This document shows, in pieces, positions 1 through 14,897 of a stretch of 64,000 bases of DNA. The notes under the pieces are model-generated. The model saw only the letters and a program-made list of their open reading frames with translations. It was not told where the DNA came from and searched no databases. Position numbers and translations under genes: made by a program. Within the stretch, counting starts at the first letter, position 1. Each line of letters opens with the position of its first letter. The stretch lies in the NCBI RefSeq assembly GCF_009914755.1, contig NC_060925.1. One strand, 5' to 3'. The stretch comes from the human T2T-CHM13v2.0 reference genome, Homo sapiens.

Positions 1-199
<199 letters not shown>

Positions 200-761
200 T
201 AAGGGTAATTTTCATTATGCTCAATATTACCTTATACATGGCACTATATAATCAGAACAGTTTTTTAGAAACTGTACCAAAATAGGATGACCCAGGAGAG
301 CTACCAGAGACAGGAGACCAGGTAAGAGGCTGTTGCTTCTATACAAGAAAGAACAGGTCTCAAGTAGGATGGTGGTTGTAGGTCTGGGAACATACAGGTG
401 TCAGATATCACAAAGAAATACTCGACAGAGCTTGGGCATGGGTTAAAGATAAGAGTCAAAGAAAAGGAAGAGGTCACCGCTGTCCAGTTTTAAGCTTGGA
501 TAACTTGGAGAATGGTGAAACAAGGAGCAGAAATGAGTCAGGAGGAAGAACTGATTTCTGGGGGAAGGATTTGAAGAGTCTGGCTGCACACAATTTGAGT
601 TTGAGGGGCTGATGATCCATGCAGGTACAGAGGATTTGTAGCCAACTGGAAATGCAAGACTAGAGTTGGCAGGGAAGCTAGCACTAGAAATGGTGCAGAG
701 ATGATGGTTGAAACCACGAGAACAGATACAGTCAGTGAAAGAACTGAAACAAGAGAGACCT

Positions 762-1057
<296 letters not shown>

Positions 1058-2097
1058 GAGAGAGAGAGACCCAGGACAACCACGGAATGTGGTCGCAGTT
1101 AAGGATGGGACTGAGGCATGAGAGGGCTAAGGCTGCAGAGAGGAACCACGTCAGGGGCAGGAGCAAAACCTGCCCTCTTTTAAGCCATCCTTGGTGTTGA
1201 TGGCAAATGATCTTTCTAATTCTAGTCAAATCATTCCCATGCTTTACAGTCTACATACAGAGAATGAAGTCCAAATTCCTGAGGATGATGGCAAGACCCG
1301 CCCCTCTGCCCCTCACTTCCTTTCCAGCTGCATCTGCAAGCCATCCCAAGCACACTAGGCACGTTCATCTCTCTGAACATTTCCTCCCAACTTTGCCTCT
1401 GCTGGGAAGGTCCTTGGCTACCTGGCACATTTCTACTCCGCCTCTGCGGTCCCATACTCTCCACACCTCCTCGGCATAGCCGCCGCATACATAACTGCCG
1501 CACAGCTATCCACCTCAGGTGGAAATAATTGGGTCCTTTTGGCTTTCCCACAGCAACTTTGATATAGCTCTTTTAAAATCATTATCACTTTGTCTTATTA
1601 CGTATCACTTCTTTCCGAATCGAGCCTGAGATCAAGCAATCCAGAGCAGGGAAGCAAAAAAAAAAAAAAAAAACGTCAACAAGAAAGCAGACAGAAAAGA
1701 GCAGAAGCCAGGGGAAGGCTAGGTCCATGGACAGAGGGTGGGGAGGGGTCAGATCAGAGGTTAAGGTAGAAATGAGTGGAAGGCAGCGCCAGAGCAGGTT
1801 CCACTACCAGTAGACGTGGGAGTGGGTAACAGTTTGAGTCAAACTGATGGTAGCTGGTGGGAAAGGCTTCTAGAAGCTTCTAGAAGCTCTGCCCTGGTGT
1901 TGACACACTAGTCATCTCTCCTGAGATTTAATAACATAATTATCTGATTCACCTTGGCTTTTTTTCCTTTGACTTTTCCAGATTCCGTCATATCTCCGAG
2001 ACTCCAAGTAAACCTGTGTCCAAATGTCTCATAGGATGCTCCCAGGAACGGCTTGATCCTCGTTTTTGAAACTTCAAGTGCTGGCTAAGTAAGGGGA

Positions 2098-2476
2098 TGT
2101 ATTTATTAGTCCATTCTCGAAAGGCTATAAAGAAACGCCTGAGTCTGGGTAATTTATAAAGAAAAGAGGTTGAATTGGCTCACAGTTCTGCAGGCTGCCC
2201 AGGAAGCATGGCTGGGAAGGCCTCAGGAAAGTAATGGAAGGTGAAGCGGGAGCAGGCACTTCACATGGCCAGACCCGTAGCAAGCAGAGGAAAGGGGGTG
2301 TGGGGGCCGTGCATCTTCAAACAACCGGATGTCAGTAACAAGGCAGGGTGGTGCTAGACCATGGGAAACGGTCCCCACGATCCAATCACCGCTCACCAGA
2401 CCCCACCCACCTCCAACCCTGGGGGTTACAACTCAACATGAGATTTGGACTGGGTCACAGATCCGAACCATATCGA
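2098..2476 (+). mobile_element. MaLR LTR (MSTA-like)
   Basis: tattagtccattctc...ctgggtaatttataaagaaaagagg...catgagatttgg...aaccatatc termini. Confidence 0.85.
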
Positions 2477-2988
2477 GGAAGAAGCACCTAACTCAACCTC
2501 TCTGCTAGGAAATTACCAACTGAGAAATTCCCTTTGGATGCTTCCCTGCCCTCAAGCCTCTCACTTCACCCTAAAGAAAAACCGGCGGTTGATGTAGAAC
2601 GATGGGATGGCCATTTTCCCCCGAAGAAGTTTCTCTTTTGAACCTGGCCAACTTTTTCAATCATATCTATCGTTAGGATTATTGTTATTCCGGAATTGCA
2701 GGCAATGTTTAAATTTTGCACCCAGTACTAAAGACACAGCTTTTTAAGATGTTTTAAAAACTTGATTTCTAAAACATGAAGACTTCAGGCCAGGACGCTT
2801 TTCAAAATCTTTCCTTGAAAGATCTTAACTTTCAAGATATTGTAAGAAGCATTTAAAAAGAACATTACAAAACTATAAATAAGAGGTATTGAATGATTTT
2901 CTCCAAGCTATTTCTAAAAAGAAGCACTTATTTAGGTAACCTTTATTGTATTTGTTTATATGTTGGCTTCAGAAATTATAAAGTATTT

Positions 2989-3155
2989 GCCAGGTGTGGT
3001 GGCTCACACCTGTAATCCCAGCACTTTGGGAGGCTGAGGCAAGAGGATCACTTGAGGCCAGGAGTTGGAGGCTGAAGTGAGCGGTTATCATGCCACTGCG
3101 CGCCAGCCTGGGTGACAGAGCAAGATCCTGTCTCTTAAGATTAGAAAACAAAAAT
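2989..3155 (+). mobile_element. Alu monomer (FRAM/FLAM-like)
   Basis: Single arm flanked by aaattataaa duplication. Confidence 0.8.
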
Positions 3156-3289
3156 TATAAAATATCAAATGCAGAACATAAATTATGAGTTTTCTTCCTT
3201 TACATCTCAGATAATTTTGTCAGTTAATTTAAAAATTAACTTTGTTCTGATTATCAAAATAATAAATGTCATTAAAAATGTGGAAAACA

Positions 3290-3631
<342 letters not shown>

Positions 3632-5060
3632 CTATTAGATACACTTCTGGTCTTTTCTCCACATACCTGTATATATACAAAAAATAATAATACAATTCTT
3701 TTTATATGAGAAAGTTATCCTTATATAATAAAAATAAATATTACACTGTAACTTTCCCCTTTCAATCAATAATATTATGAATATTTTTCTAACTTTGTTC
3801 AATATTCTAATTAAAGTCATGTAGTATTCCAAATAAAAGGATACATAATTTATTTAATCAAACCTATTTTTGGGGGCTTTTACAGACACCAGAAGGAAGA
3901 CCCTTAGGAAAACCCACCTTTCTTGGAACTCCACTTCCCTCTCCTCAGTGTGTGAGCAGGGCTGGTTTTGTACCATGCAACCCTGATTCCCTTGGAACAG
4001 GCCAGGGCCAATTAAGGGACTTTGCTTAGGAACCTGAAACTGTGACTCAGAGACAGGCCAGACAATCTCTGCGCAGCAGGGATTGAAAGAGAAAAAGAGA
4101 GAGAATCCTATTCTTTTGAAACGAGATTTTGAGGGATAGACTCAAAGTTCCTGGCTTCTCTACAGACATCCACTTCCTGTCCTTGCCTGAGGCCAGGCTG
4201 TGCCCTTGCAGGAAATTCACTCCTTTTGCCTAAGTTAGCTTAAATAGGTTTCTTGCCACCCAAAGAGTTCTACCTAATAATAAAGGAGTAAACATTTTTA
4301 AGGAGTTTTATACCTATTGTAAAGCTTTCTTCCAGAAAAATCACCTCTACATTTTAAACGTCTTGAATTTTGGTACAGAGGCGCCTTCTGGATATAGTTC
4401 TTGCTTGGAAGAGAGTCCACTGTTTAATGTTGATTGCTCCCAAAGGGAAAGAAGCAAGTATGTCCATTTGCAAGGTATCAACAGAGACTTAACTTGGATT
4501 TACAGGGCTGGATGTGTGCTGTCCATCACAGTTGATGCGCATAGGCACAGGACCTGAGTACAAGTGCAATTTTCCTTTTGAGAGGCTGAGGCTAGGGTAA
4601 TTTTTCTGACTAATTTGAAACAGAGAACAGTTCCTGTAAATTGCGGTAATCCAAGCCCATTTGCAAGGAGGCGGTAGACTTAGGGGTCTGCTGCCATCAT
4701 CTAAACATGTTAGCAACTGAATGTTAAATCCTTACTTCCTGGTAAGAGGTCTGTCCAGAAAAGGACTGAAGCATGAAGAAAGTGGAAGGGGGTTTCTGCA
4801 GAAAGTTTCTCCTCACTCTTCTTCTGAGGGGTTCGTAGCCACACCCCACAGTATGGACAACAGATGTTATTTCCCCATTGTTCACGTGTCCTCACACTCA
4901 AACCTTCCATGATTTGCTCTTTTGTTAATTTGCCGTCTTTTGCTTCTCATGATTTTTAACCAGCTGTTTGTTGAGAAGCTGGGCACTTTGACACTACACC
5001 GAGGCAATAGTCCTAAGGTCTGGCTGGACCATACAAATCTGGCTGCTTTCCTCACGTCAC

Positions 5061-5368
<308 letters not shown>

Positions 5369-5577
5369 CCTCACGTCACTTTGAAAAGAGAAATTCCTCT
5401 GTTGCTCTTCAGCCCATCAGGGATCTGCCAAGTGACACCTGGCAAAGAACCACCCTATTTGACATCAGTGATCTCTCTGTGGCCCTGAGTTACCAAGTTG
5501 GTGGATGCCTTTTCACCCAGGTTTTATAACTAGCTTATTTATAATGCTCTAACACAAAACTAACAAAAGTATACTAA

Positions 5578-5822
5578 GCCAGGCATGGTGGCTTATACCT
5601 ATAATCCAAGCACTCTGGGAGGCAGAGGTGGGAGGATAGCTTGAGACTAGGAGTTCAAAACCATCCTGGACAACATGACAAGCCCCATCTGTATTAAAAA
5701 AAAGATTTTAAATTTAGCCAGGCATGGTGGTGCATGCCTGTAGTCCTGCCTACTCGGGAGGCTGAGGCAGGAGGATTGCTTGAGCCCAGGAGTTCGAGGC
5801 TACAGGGAGCTAAGATTGCACT
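5578..5822 (+). mobile_element. AluJ, 3'-truncated
   Basis: J-type gaggatagcttgag / ttgagcccaggagttcgagg. Confidence 0.85.
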
Positions 5823-5929
5823 TTCAAAGAAGGATTGCAGGATGTCAGTGTCCCGTGGTCCCTCTTGCCCCTGTGTCCTAGCTCTTATCTCACTTGATCA
5901 CAATTATTCATTTCTTCTGCAATAGGTGA

Positions 5930-6330
5930 AGCTGGTAAAGACCCAGGCTCTGGAGTCGGACTGCCTAGGTTCAAATCCCAGCTTCACCATTTGATCTCAG
6001 GTAATTTTCTTATGTTTTCTCTTCATCCATTTGCCCACAGGTATTGTTTTATTTCCCATTCCATGCATATCACATGAAGATTAAATGAGATAACATAAAT
6101 AAGTGCTTAGCACACTGCCTGGCTAGTAGTAAGTGTTCAACAACCAGGAGCTATCATTATTGTTGTCATTATTATTATTTACTTGTCTATTTCCTAATCT
6201 GGCTATGAGTGGGCAGAGACTGTGTCTTTCTTATTCTTGTTCCCTAGCATTTAGCTCAGCACCAGGCACTTATGGTGGGTTCTCCATAAACATTTTTTAG
6301 TTGGATGGATGGGATGAATGAATGAGCTGG
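5930..6330. mobile_element. MIR followed by an L2 3' end
   Basis: MIR core (ggctctggagtcggactgcctaggttcaaatccca...gattaaatgagataa) and L2 terminal (tgaa)n. Confidence 0.7.
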
Positions 6331-6595
6331 AAACAGACAGGCTTATATAGTCGGTGCTCTGTGTACCATCTCGTTCCTTTTTCTTTTTCTTGTATTGGAA
6401 AGACTCTTGTAACACTGAAAAAAGAGTGTAGAGAAAGGTTTTCATAGCAGAAGCTGTTTCTCATCTCTGTTACATAGACATCATGACCCTTGTCTCCTAT
6501 GTGATGGTCTGAGAATCGTCTTTTTGCCAGTCACCAATATATTTTTTCCTAAACAAAAAATGAACAATCTACACTTATGATTGAAAAAAGTAGAA

Positions 6596-6890
6596 GGCTG
6601 GGTGTGCCTGTAGGCCCAGCTACTCAGGAGGCTGATGCGGGAAGATCGCTTGAGCCCAGGCATGCTGGGCTGGAATGTGCTATGCGGATCCGGTGTCTGT
6701 ACTAAGTTCAGTATCAATGTGGTGAATTCCTGGGAGCAGGGGTCACCCAGGCTAAGGAGGGGTGCACTGGCCCAGGTCGGAAGCAGAGCAGGTCAAAACT
6801 CCTGTGCTGATCAATAGTGGGATTGTGCCTGTGAACAACCTCCATAAACACTGTCCCCCAGCCTGAACAACATAGTGAAAATTAAAAAAA
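6596..6890 (+). pseudogene. 7SL (SRP RNA) processed pseudogene
   Basis: Alu-like ends enclose the 7SL-specific S domain (ctaagttcagtatcaatgtggtga...ctaaggaggggtgcactggcccaggtcggaagcagagcaggtcaaaactcctgtgctgatca); A-rich tail. Confidence 0.92.
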
Positions 6891-6929
6891 TAAAATAAAA
6901 CTAGAATAAGTGGGATAGAATAAAAGTGG

Positions 6930-7560
6930 GATGTGGCTCCTCCTTCACATACTTTCTCTTTTTTCTTCTTCTCTTGTCCCATTGATCACAAAACTCACAC
7001 CACCACCTCACTGACACTATGCCTGCCAACACTGAGGCTTCAGTCATACAAGGAAAGTAGCCAGTCTGTAGTGTTCTTCTGTGCTATCATAATGTTTAAA
7101 TAGGCCTTTTACTTAAAGAATTCCAGAAACTGGCCTTAGGAGATCCAAATATTGAACCAAGGTTTCAGAATGTCCCACCCTAGAAAGGAATGCTGAAAAA
7201 CTGATGTACAGCCTTGTTGCTGCTGGCCAGACCACCAGGTAGCCCCTGCCATCACAACCAGGTAGGGTGCACTGACCTGCACGCCCTTCCCCTTGCACTG
7301 ACCTGCACACCCTTCCCCTTAGGTGCCTCGCCCAGCCCAGCCTGCACACCCTTCCCCCGAAGCCAAGTCCCGTGCTTTGACTGATTTAAAAAAGCCCTAC
7401 TGGCTCTTCCCAGTGAGCTACCTGGAGAATCCTTGTACCTCCACTGTCTCCTTTCTACTTGAGTACAAGCCCCAAAATAAAGCCATGTCTGGGAAATCTG
7501 CTTGGCCCCGTGTTAATTTCCATTACATGGGGGAGCTGAAGAGTCTGTGGTCTTTAGCAT
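6930..7560 (+). mobile_element. ERV1-class solo LTR (MER39/MER93-like; subfamily uncertain)
   Basis: aagaattccagaaactggccttaggagatcc block, TATA-like tttaaaaaag and AATAAA near the 3' end. Confidence 0.6.
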
Positions 7561-7888
7561 AAGTAGTGAGCTATAGCGGTTAAGCTATTTCATCCTAAGC
7601 GTAGCTCTAGAGGATGTTTTCTAATGATGCAAATTGCTACAGATACATCCATAAGCACAAGGAAATGGTAGAGAAACGTACATCTATAGTGAAATTATAA
7701 AGAGATGCATGGGCCATATGATCTCAAAACTTAGGACCACAGTTATCTTTCGGGGATGGCAGGGAATCGGGGGAGAGTGCACGGAGGACTCCAACTGCAT
7801 TGGTGAAGCTTGCTTCCTTCACGTAGTTTTTGTGTATCATTATTTATATTATTTGTGTGTTTCAAATATTTCTCTTTTTCCTTCTCAT

Positions 7889-7993
7889 ATCGGACAGGTA
7901 ATGTGCCAACATTGTAACAAGGTTTAAAGGATGGATATCTCACACATGAGCATGAAAAACTGTAAGTGTGTTTCACATTTATGAACCACAAAA
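7889..7993 (-). pseudogene. U13 (SNORD13) snoRNA retrocopy
   Basis: Reverse complement reads ttttgtggttcat...tgtgtgagat...aaccttgttacaatgttggcacattacctgtccga, matching U13; decayed tail and 12-bp TSD tgtgtttcaaat. Confidence 0.88.
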
Positions 7994-8071
7994 TAATGTG
8001 TTTCAAATCTTTCTTACTACATTGAAAGCAACAGCTGAAGATCATGAAGACAGTTCAACAAAGAAATACAA

Positions 8072-8930
8072 GCTGGTGGCTTGCACCTGTAATCCCAGCA
8101 ACTCCGGAAGCTGAGGTTGGAGGATTGCTTGAGCCCAGCAGTTCTAAGACCAGCACGGGCATCATAGTGAGACTTCATCTCTAAAAAAATTTTTTTTAAA
8201 TTAGCTGGGTGTATATTAATACATTTTGCATTTCTATAAAGGAATACCTGAGGCTGAGTAATTTATAAAGAAAAGAGCTTCTCTGGCTCATGGTTCTGCA
8301 GGCTGTACAAGACACACAGTGCTGGCATCTGCTTCCAATGAGGCCTCAGGAAGCTTCCAGTCATGGCAGAAAGCAAAGAGGGAGCAAGCACGTCGCATGA
8401 TGAGAGAGGGAGCAAGAGAGAAGGGAGGAGGAGAGAGATGTGAGGCTCCTTTAAACAACCAACCAGCTCTCATGTGAACAAAGAGAGCGAGAAGTCACTC
8501 ATTACTACAGGAAGGGCACCAAGCCACGCATGAGGGACCCACCTCCGTGACCCAAACACCTCCCACTGGACCCCATCTCCAACTTACTGGAGATCACATT
8601 TCAACGTGAGATTTGGAGGAGACACACATCCAAACCATATCACTGCGTGTGGTAGTGCACACCTGTAATTCCAGCTACTCAGGATGCTGAGGCAGGACGA
8701 TTGCTTGTGGCCATAGTTGGACATCAACCTGGGCAAAAGAGCAAGACCCCATCTCTACAAAAAGTTTTTAAAAAATAACTAGATGTGGTGGCATATACCT
8801 GTAGTCCCAGCTATTCAGGAGGCTGAGGCAGGAGGATCGTTTGAGCCCAGGAGTTCAAGGTTGCAGTGAGCTATGATCATGCCATGGCACTCCAGCCTGG
8901 GCTGCAGACCCTGTTTCCAAAAAATAGAAA
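8072..8930 (+). mobile_element. AluJ-type arms surrounding the MST LTR
   Basis: One arm at 8072-8209, two further arms at 8643-8930. Confidence 0.75.
8210..8642 (+). mobile_element. MaLR LTR (MSTB-like) inserted in Alu sequence
   Basis: ctataaaggaatacctgaggctgagtaatttataaagaaaaga...caaaccatatca; flanks ctggg/ctgcg. Confidence 0.85.
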
Positions 8931-8932
8931 AA

Positions 8933-9225
8933 GGCCAGGCGCGGTGCTCATGCCTATAATCCCAGCACTTTGGGAGGCCAAGGCAGGTGGATCACCAGGG
9001 CAAGAGATCGAGACCATCCTGGCCAACATGGTGAAACCCCATCTCTACTAAAAATACAAAAAATTAGCTGGACATGGTGGCGCGCACCTGTAGTCCCAGC
9101 TACTCCAGAGGCAGAGGTTGCAGTGAGCCGAGATTGTGCCACTGCACTCCAGCCTGGTGACAGAGCAAAACTCCATCTCAAAATAATAATAATAATAAAT
9201 AAATAAATAATAAAAAAGAAAAGAA
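8933..9225 (+). mobile_element. AluS (Sc-like) with an internal right-arm deletion and a (TAA)/(TAAA) tail
   Basis: Alu consensus match. Confidence 0.88.
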
Positions 9226-9664
9226 ATACAAGTGGCCAATAAACACATAAGAGCTGTTTATGTTGGGTTGGGGCAGGAGAAAGTGGAGAGAGAGAGGAGT
9301 GAGAGATCCAGCAGAAAGAAACCCTAGACAAAGCTGATTGTAGCTCTACCAACAAGCAAGAGGAAGCAGCTCTGCAGGGACAGCTGCTCTCCCAGCTGTG
9401 CTTCTGGAAGGATCAAATAGTGCAAAGCTTTGCCTCCAACTTTTGACATTAAAGACAGAGTAAGTATTTGTCACTGGGAGCCAGAGAACAAAAAAGAATT
9501 TGAAAAGCTTTCCTGAGAGTGCTTCTGAGTTTTGCTTTTTTACTCTAAAGAGGCAGGAAAAAACAGCAAAGTTTACATTATGAAATTATTTCAGCTCTCG
9601 TGACCAAGACAGTCTGGTATGGGGAAAGCAAGAGCCAGAAACTGTATTATTCCACTGGCCAGTT

Positions 9665-9967
9665 TTTATGTGTTTGTTTGTTGGCTTTGAGACATGATCT
9701 TGCTCTGTCGCACAGGTTGGAGTGCAGTGGCATGACCATAACTCATGGCAACCTCGAACTCCTGAGCTCAAGTGATCCTCCCACCTCAGCCTCCCAAGTA
9801 GCCAGGACTACAGGCGTGCACCACCATGCCTGGCTAATTTTTTAATTTTTTGTAGCAACAGGGTCTTGCTGTACTGCCCAGGCTGCTCTTGAACTCCTGG
9901 GCCCAAACAATCTTCCCACCTCGGCCTCCCAAATTGCTGGGATTACAGGGATGAGCCACTGCACCTG
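9665..9967 (-). mobile_element. AluJ
   Basis: Reverse Alu, J-type. Confidence 0.88.
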
Positions 9968-12900
9968 TACTGGCCAGCGTTCCTTGGCTGGTTTCTCTAA
10001 TTATCCCTACATCTCCCACACTGGATTCAAAATGCAGAGATCCTTTGACAAGTCTTTATCAGTATAAAAGCCTCTGTGGTTATATCAAAAGCATGAAAAA
10101 GGAAAAACTATTTTAAATGAACTGTGGTTTTTCTGAATCTTCTCAAATTGGCTAATCGGTTAGAGAAAACTTAAGAATTTGTAATTGGCCCACTATACAA
10201 CATATCAAAACTGTAAAGCTGGATAAAACACTGTAGATGACTTAGTTTCACGCTTTCCTTTTCCAGGTAAAGTAAGGCCAGAGAGATTAAATCCTTTGCT
10301 TGGGGGTAGGCAGCAGTGTTGGTTTTGGAGCCCACGTGTCCTGACTGAATACTCTACAGCTGGTCATTACTCCAGCTCCTTCTAGAGCATCAGGGAGTCC
10401 TGACTCTGGAATCCTGCAGTTCCCTCTGCCAGGGACTTGAGGATGTTCTGGTGTTCACATATAGCACAAGCACTTCCCCCTCTTTTCTTCTGATACCTGC
10501 ATGCACACCTGAGACGCCTACTCCAAGACTCACCCTGGGGATGAAGTGGCCTGATTTCATTGTCATAAAGGCATCTCTGATGGGATTCTCCCAAGTCAGT
10601 AATCATCTGTGGGCTTTATGAATAACAAACATCTTAGCCTTGGATTATGTAGCTAATAAAAATAAGAGGTATATTCTAATATGCCAAAGTCAGCAATTGG
10701 GAAGTTCACGTCACCCGGTCCAATGTTGCATCCTCTCTGCGGTCTTTCCCAGTCTCCCCAGGCAGAGCCACTCCCTGCTCTTCTGTTCCTACCCAGATTT
10801 CTTAGGCTGTATCATGACCTAATTTGTACAATTTCCCCTGTTAGGACTGTGAGTTCCTTCTGGAAAGGGTTACTGTCTTACTCAACTATATCTCCAACAT
10901 CTAGGACACAGCTTGGCCTCTAGTAGTTGCTGGGTCCAAATGATGGCTGGGACTGGGAGGAAGGCGCCATGTAGACCAAACAGGGATATAAGTGAACTTT
11001 CACACTCACCAACTTTCACTTACAGTCAGGGGCATCATAAGAATGATTATCCAAACCAGGATACTTTTGAATGGAAAGTGGCACTATTAATAATTACAAT
11101 GGGACAGCAGGCATAAATCAGGCAAATTGGGGTATAGGGCTGTCTTCCTTGTAACCTAGGTTTGGAAAGTTTTAGCTCTGGAAATTATGTACAATAAGAA
11201 AAGAAACATTAAGTGAATGCATGACTTGAAACCACTAAAAGAGAGGTCTGTTCAAATAAAGGAATTACATTCTGTCAAAGTATAATATACAGTGAAGGGA
11301 TGGTTAGTCTAGAAATCACCATCCCTTTTATGATTTAACCAAGGGTATCATATGCGTCTACCCTATGGCACTCTGGATTGGTCCAAGTGGTCACCTGACC
11401 TAACCTGGCCCAATCACGAGTCCTTTCCCTGGGATTCTGGGACTACAGCTGCGAAGGATGGGCTGTCTTTGGGTCGCCGATGCAAAGCTGAACACTGGTA
11501 GTAGCCCTGCACCCACCACGTTGGGAGAACAGGTTTGCAGATGGAGAGAGGAGCAGAAAGGAGAGATAGAGCCCGCTTCCAGCACAGCTGAAACATTTTG
11601 AGGGTCCAGGGCCAGAATATAAACGGACCCACCTATCACGTATCTAAAGACTTGGAAGTTATAAATCCATTGTCAAATAAAACATATCCTGTCTTCCTAC
11701 CTTAATAAATGTATCTTCATGAGAAAAAAAAATGGATATGGAACATGTGTAAAGCTACAGGTTTAACATATTCAAAAGTTTGCAAAATGCCTAAGACCAG
11801 TGCATTTAATCATTATTACACATTTGGTGTTCTCAATAGGCTCTGACATCAGCCAGAGTAATAAAGATATGCATGATTCAAAAATCACATTAATTCCTTA
11901 AAATGTATCATTCTTGCCTTCATTTCAGCAAAATCACTAATGTGGTTATATTCAAGATTTTTACTGAATTTGTGCTCTATCATGAGTAATGGATTAAAAA
12001 GAATTTTTAAAAAGATGTAATTGTAGTAAAAATATACCAAATCTGAATATATTTTTTAAAAATTTAAATAAATGTAAACATTTTTAAACTTGATTTTTAA
12101 AAAAATTTTTACTTTTAAAGTGTTCAATATGATCTATTAAAATTAAAGGCAGTGTGTGGATTATAATTTACAAATATTAAATTAAAACTCAAACCTTTAA
12201 AGCTAAATTTTATTTTAAAAATATAATTGCAATTTTAAATATAAAAATTATTTGCAATTCTAGCATTCGATGTCCATCTGGTTACCAGTGTAAAGAACTG
12301 GCATCATGCTTTACCTGTTGTGGCTAGACCTGCATATCTTAAGTTACCACGTGCAACTGTCACATAGGCCATGCTAATTCATGCGAACCTCCTGAATTGA
12401 AACAAAGCAAAGAAAAAAACAATCTAGACTACTGGAAAAAGGCACGTCACTATGTAAGAATCCAGTGCATTTATACTATCCGAAGGGAAGAATTTGACAA
12501 AATAGTTTTTTCCCCTCTTATCTAAGGCATTTCGATTGCTCAAGTAATTTTTGGAAGGAATGTGCCAGCATGTAATTTCAGTATTATTGGTCTCCCAAGG
12601 ATGTGGAGCACAAAACCAGGCTGCTCAGTGGTCAAGCTAGCATCTCACTCAGAGGGCCAGAGCTGTGCTCCTACCCACACACATTACCAAAATCAGAGTA
12701 TTGGTTAACGCTGCCCTGAAGGGAGAGCAAGAAGAAACCTAACAGATACAGAAAGGGAAAGAAGAAGGGTCAAGTTGCATAGGAACAGAAGAATGAAGAT
12801 TATTTTAATGAAAATGTTCTTGTAATAAAAGGATTACAAAGTCAAGATTTTACTTCTAAGGCTCTTAAAATACAAGTGTTCATAGATGATAATTTTTAAA

Positions 12901-14552
12901 ATCACAAACAGAAATATAATATTAATTGTTATAATGATAGGAGTGTTTCTGGAAAAAAATTGGAGGTGTAAAGGCTGGAGTAAGCCTGAGATAAGGTGAT
13001 TTTTCTTATTGGATTAATCTTAACAGAAATCACTTATAGGCTGACACAAAATAAATGGGGTGATAATATAATGGATGAAAATCAGATTTTATAATACAAA
13101 AGAAAACAGCTATAAGAATGGACCAATATTAATTAAATGACACTTGGTGGAGGCAAAAAGATTAAATGGTAAAGCTTTATTAAACAGACACAGCTGCTAG
13201 GGAAGACGGAAGTCAGAGATTTTTAGTTGACTTGGGTCAATAGTGTGATGAAGCTGCCTTCGAGAGCTACTGTAGTCTGCTGTGTTTATATGAAATCTGT
13301 GATGTATATTTATTTATATGTATAAACATGTGTTCACATACATTCTGGGGTGCTGGTAATGTTCTGTTTCTTGATCTCAAAGCTGGTTATGTTAGGTTTG
13401 TGAAGATTCACCAATGTGCACACACATGTGCATTTTTTGTATGTATGTTGTACTTCAATTAAAATATTTTATGGGACAGACCACATGTGGACTATTATGT
13501 TTAGTTATGAACATTTATTTCATTTTAAGGAGTATGAAGAGGCGGTGGGAGGAGCCACAGAAGGAGCTATTTAGGCTGAACAAGCGAAGGCCCGGCAGGG
13601 GAGCTGTCTGAAGTTTTTTTGTGCATTCCGCTCAATGATGGTGTTTACCTAGGTTGACCGCCAGCTCCGTGGCACTACCTGAGTGACCTCTGGGCAGCTA
13701 CTCACCTCTTTTTGTCCCAGCTTCCTCAACGGCAAATTACAGGAGCTTGACTAGATGATCTGAGAACTCCTTAGCTCTCAAGTGCTATGAGCATTAAAAG
13801 GCATGTGTATAAAACAAGTATACATGTATCAGAGTTAGTTGGTTCTCCCACTCATGTTTTTCTTACATGTTGTATTTTTTTTTTATCCAGCTGTGAAACT
13901 GGATGGTTAACATTTATGTACTTACCTGAAACAGAAAGTGCTACATTCACTTTAGAAGTTACTTCTATACCAAACTGGTAATTCAAGGAGTTAATTTGCA
14001 TGTAAAAATTGTTCTAGTACTTTGCATTAGAAGCCTACTAATGGAAAGATTCATTGATTCAGAATCTATTTTTGGACAGAGATGTATTATTTTAAATTCT
14101 GATCCTAGTAAGTGACAATTTCCAGTTTTTGTTGGGCTTATACATAAGCCTTGACAAATCTGATCATTTTGACATGATCTCTAGAGTTGTGTTACACAAC
14201 AAGCCAATCCGCCTGGCCCCCGATGGATGACTGCTGGAAGCCCCTTGAGTAATATGGTGGCATTTCTACCTGGTAGACAGCCAAAAGCAATCAAGCTCCT
14301 TGACAGAAGGGCTTATTTGTTTAAGGCTAAGAATGCGGCAGTCAAATCCCCGCTGGCCCCACCACCACTCTCCACTGAGGACTTACTACGCATGGCAAAC
14401 ACACTAGGCAACATTCAAGAGCTATGACAGGCAAGTCACTTCTCCCACCTGAGCCCGTTTGTCACCTAAGTGGGGATAATACTAGCACTTATCTCACAGG
14501 CCTCTTCAAAGGATTAAATGAGTGAAACAATGTACAACACTTAGAAAAAATT

Positions 14553-14897
<345 letters not shown>

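Noticed and set aside
11990-12260. Very AT-rich tract
   Set aside because: Low-complexity sequence with no periodicity or structure I can support.
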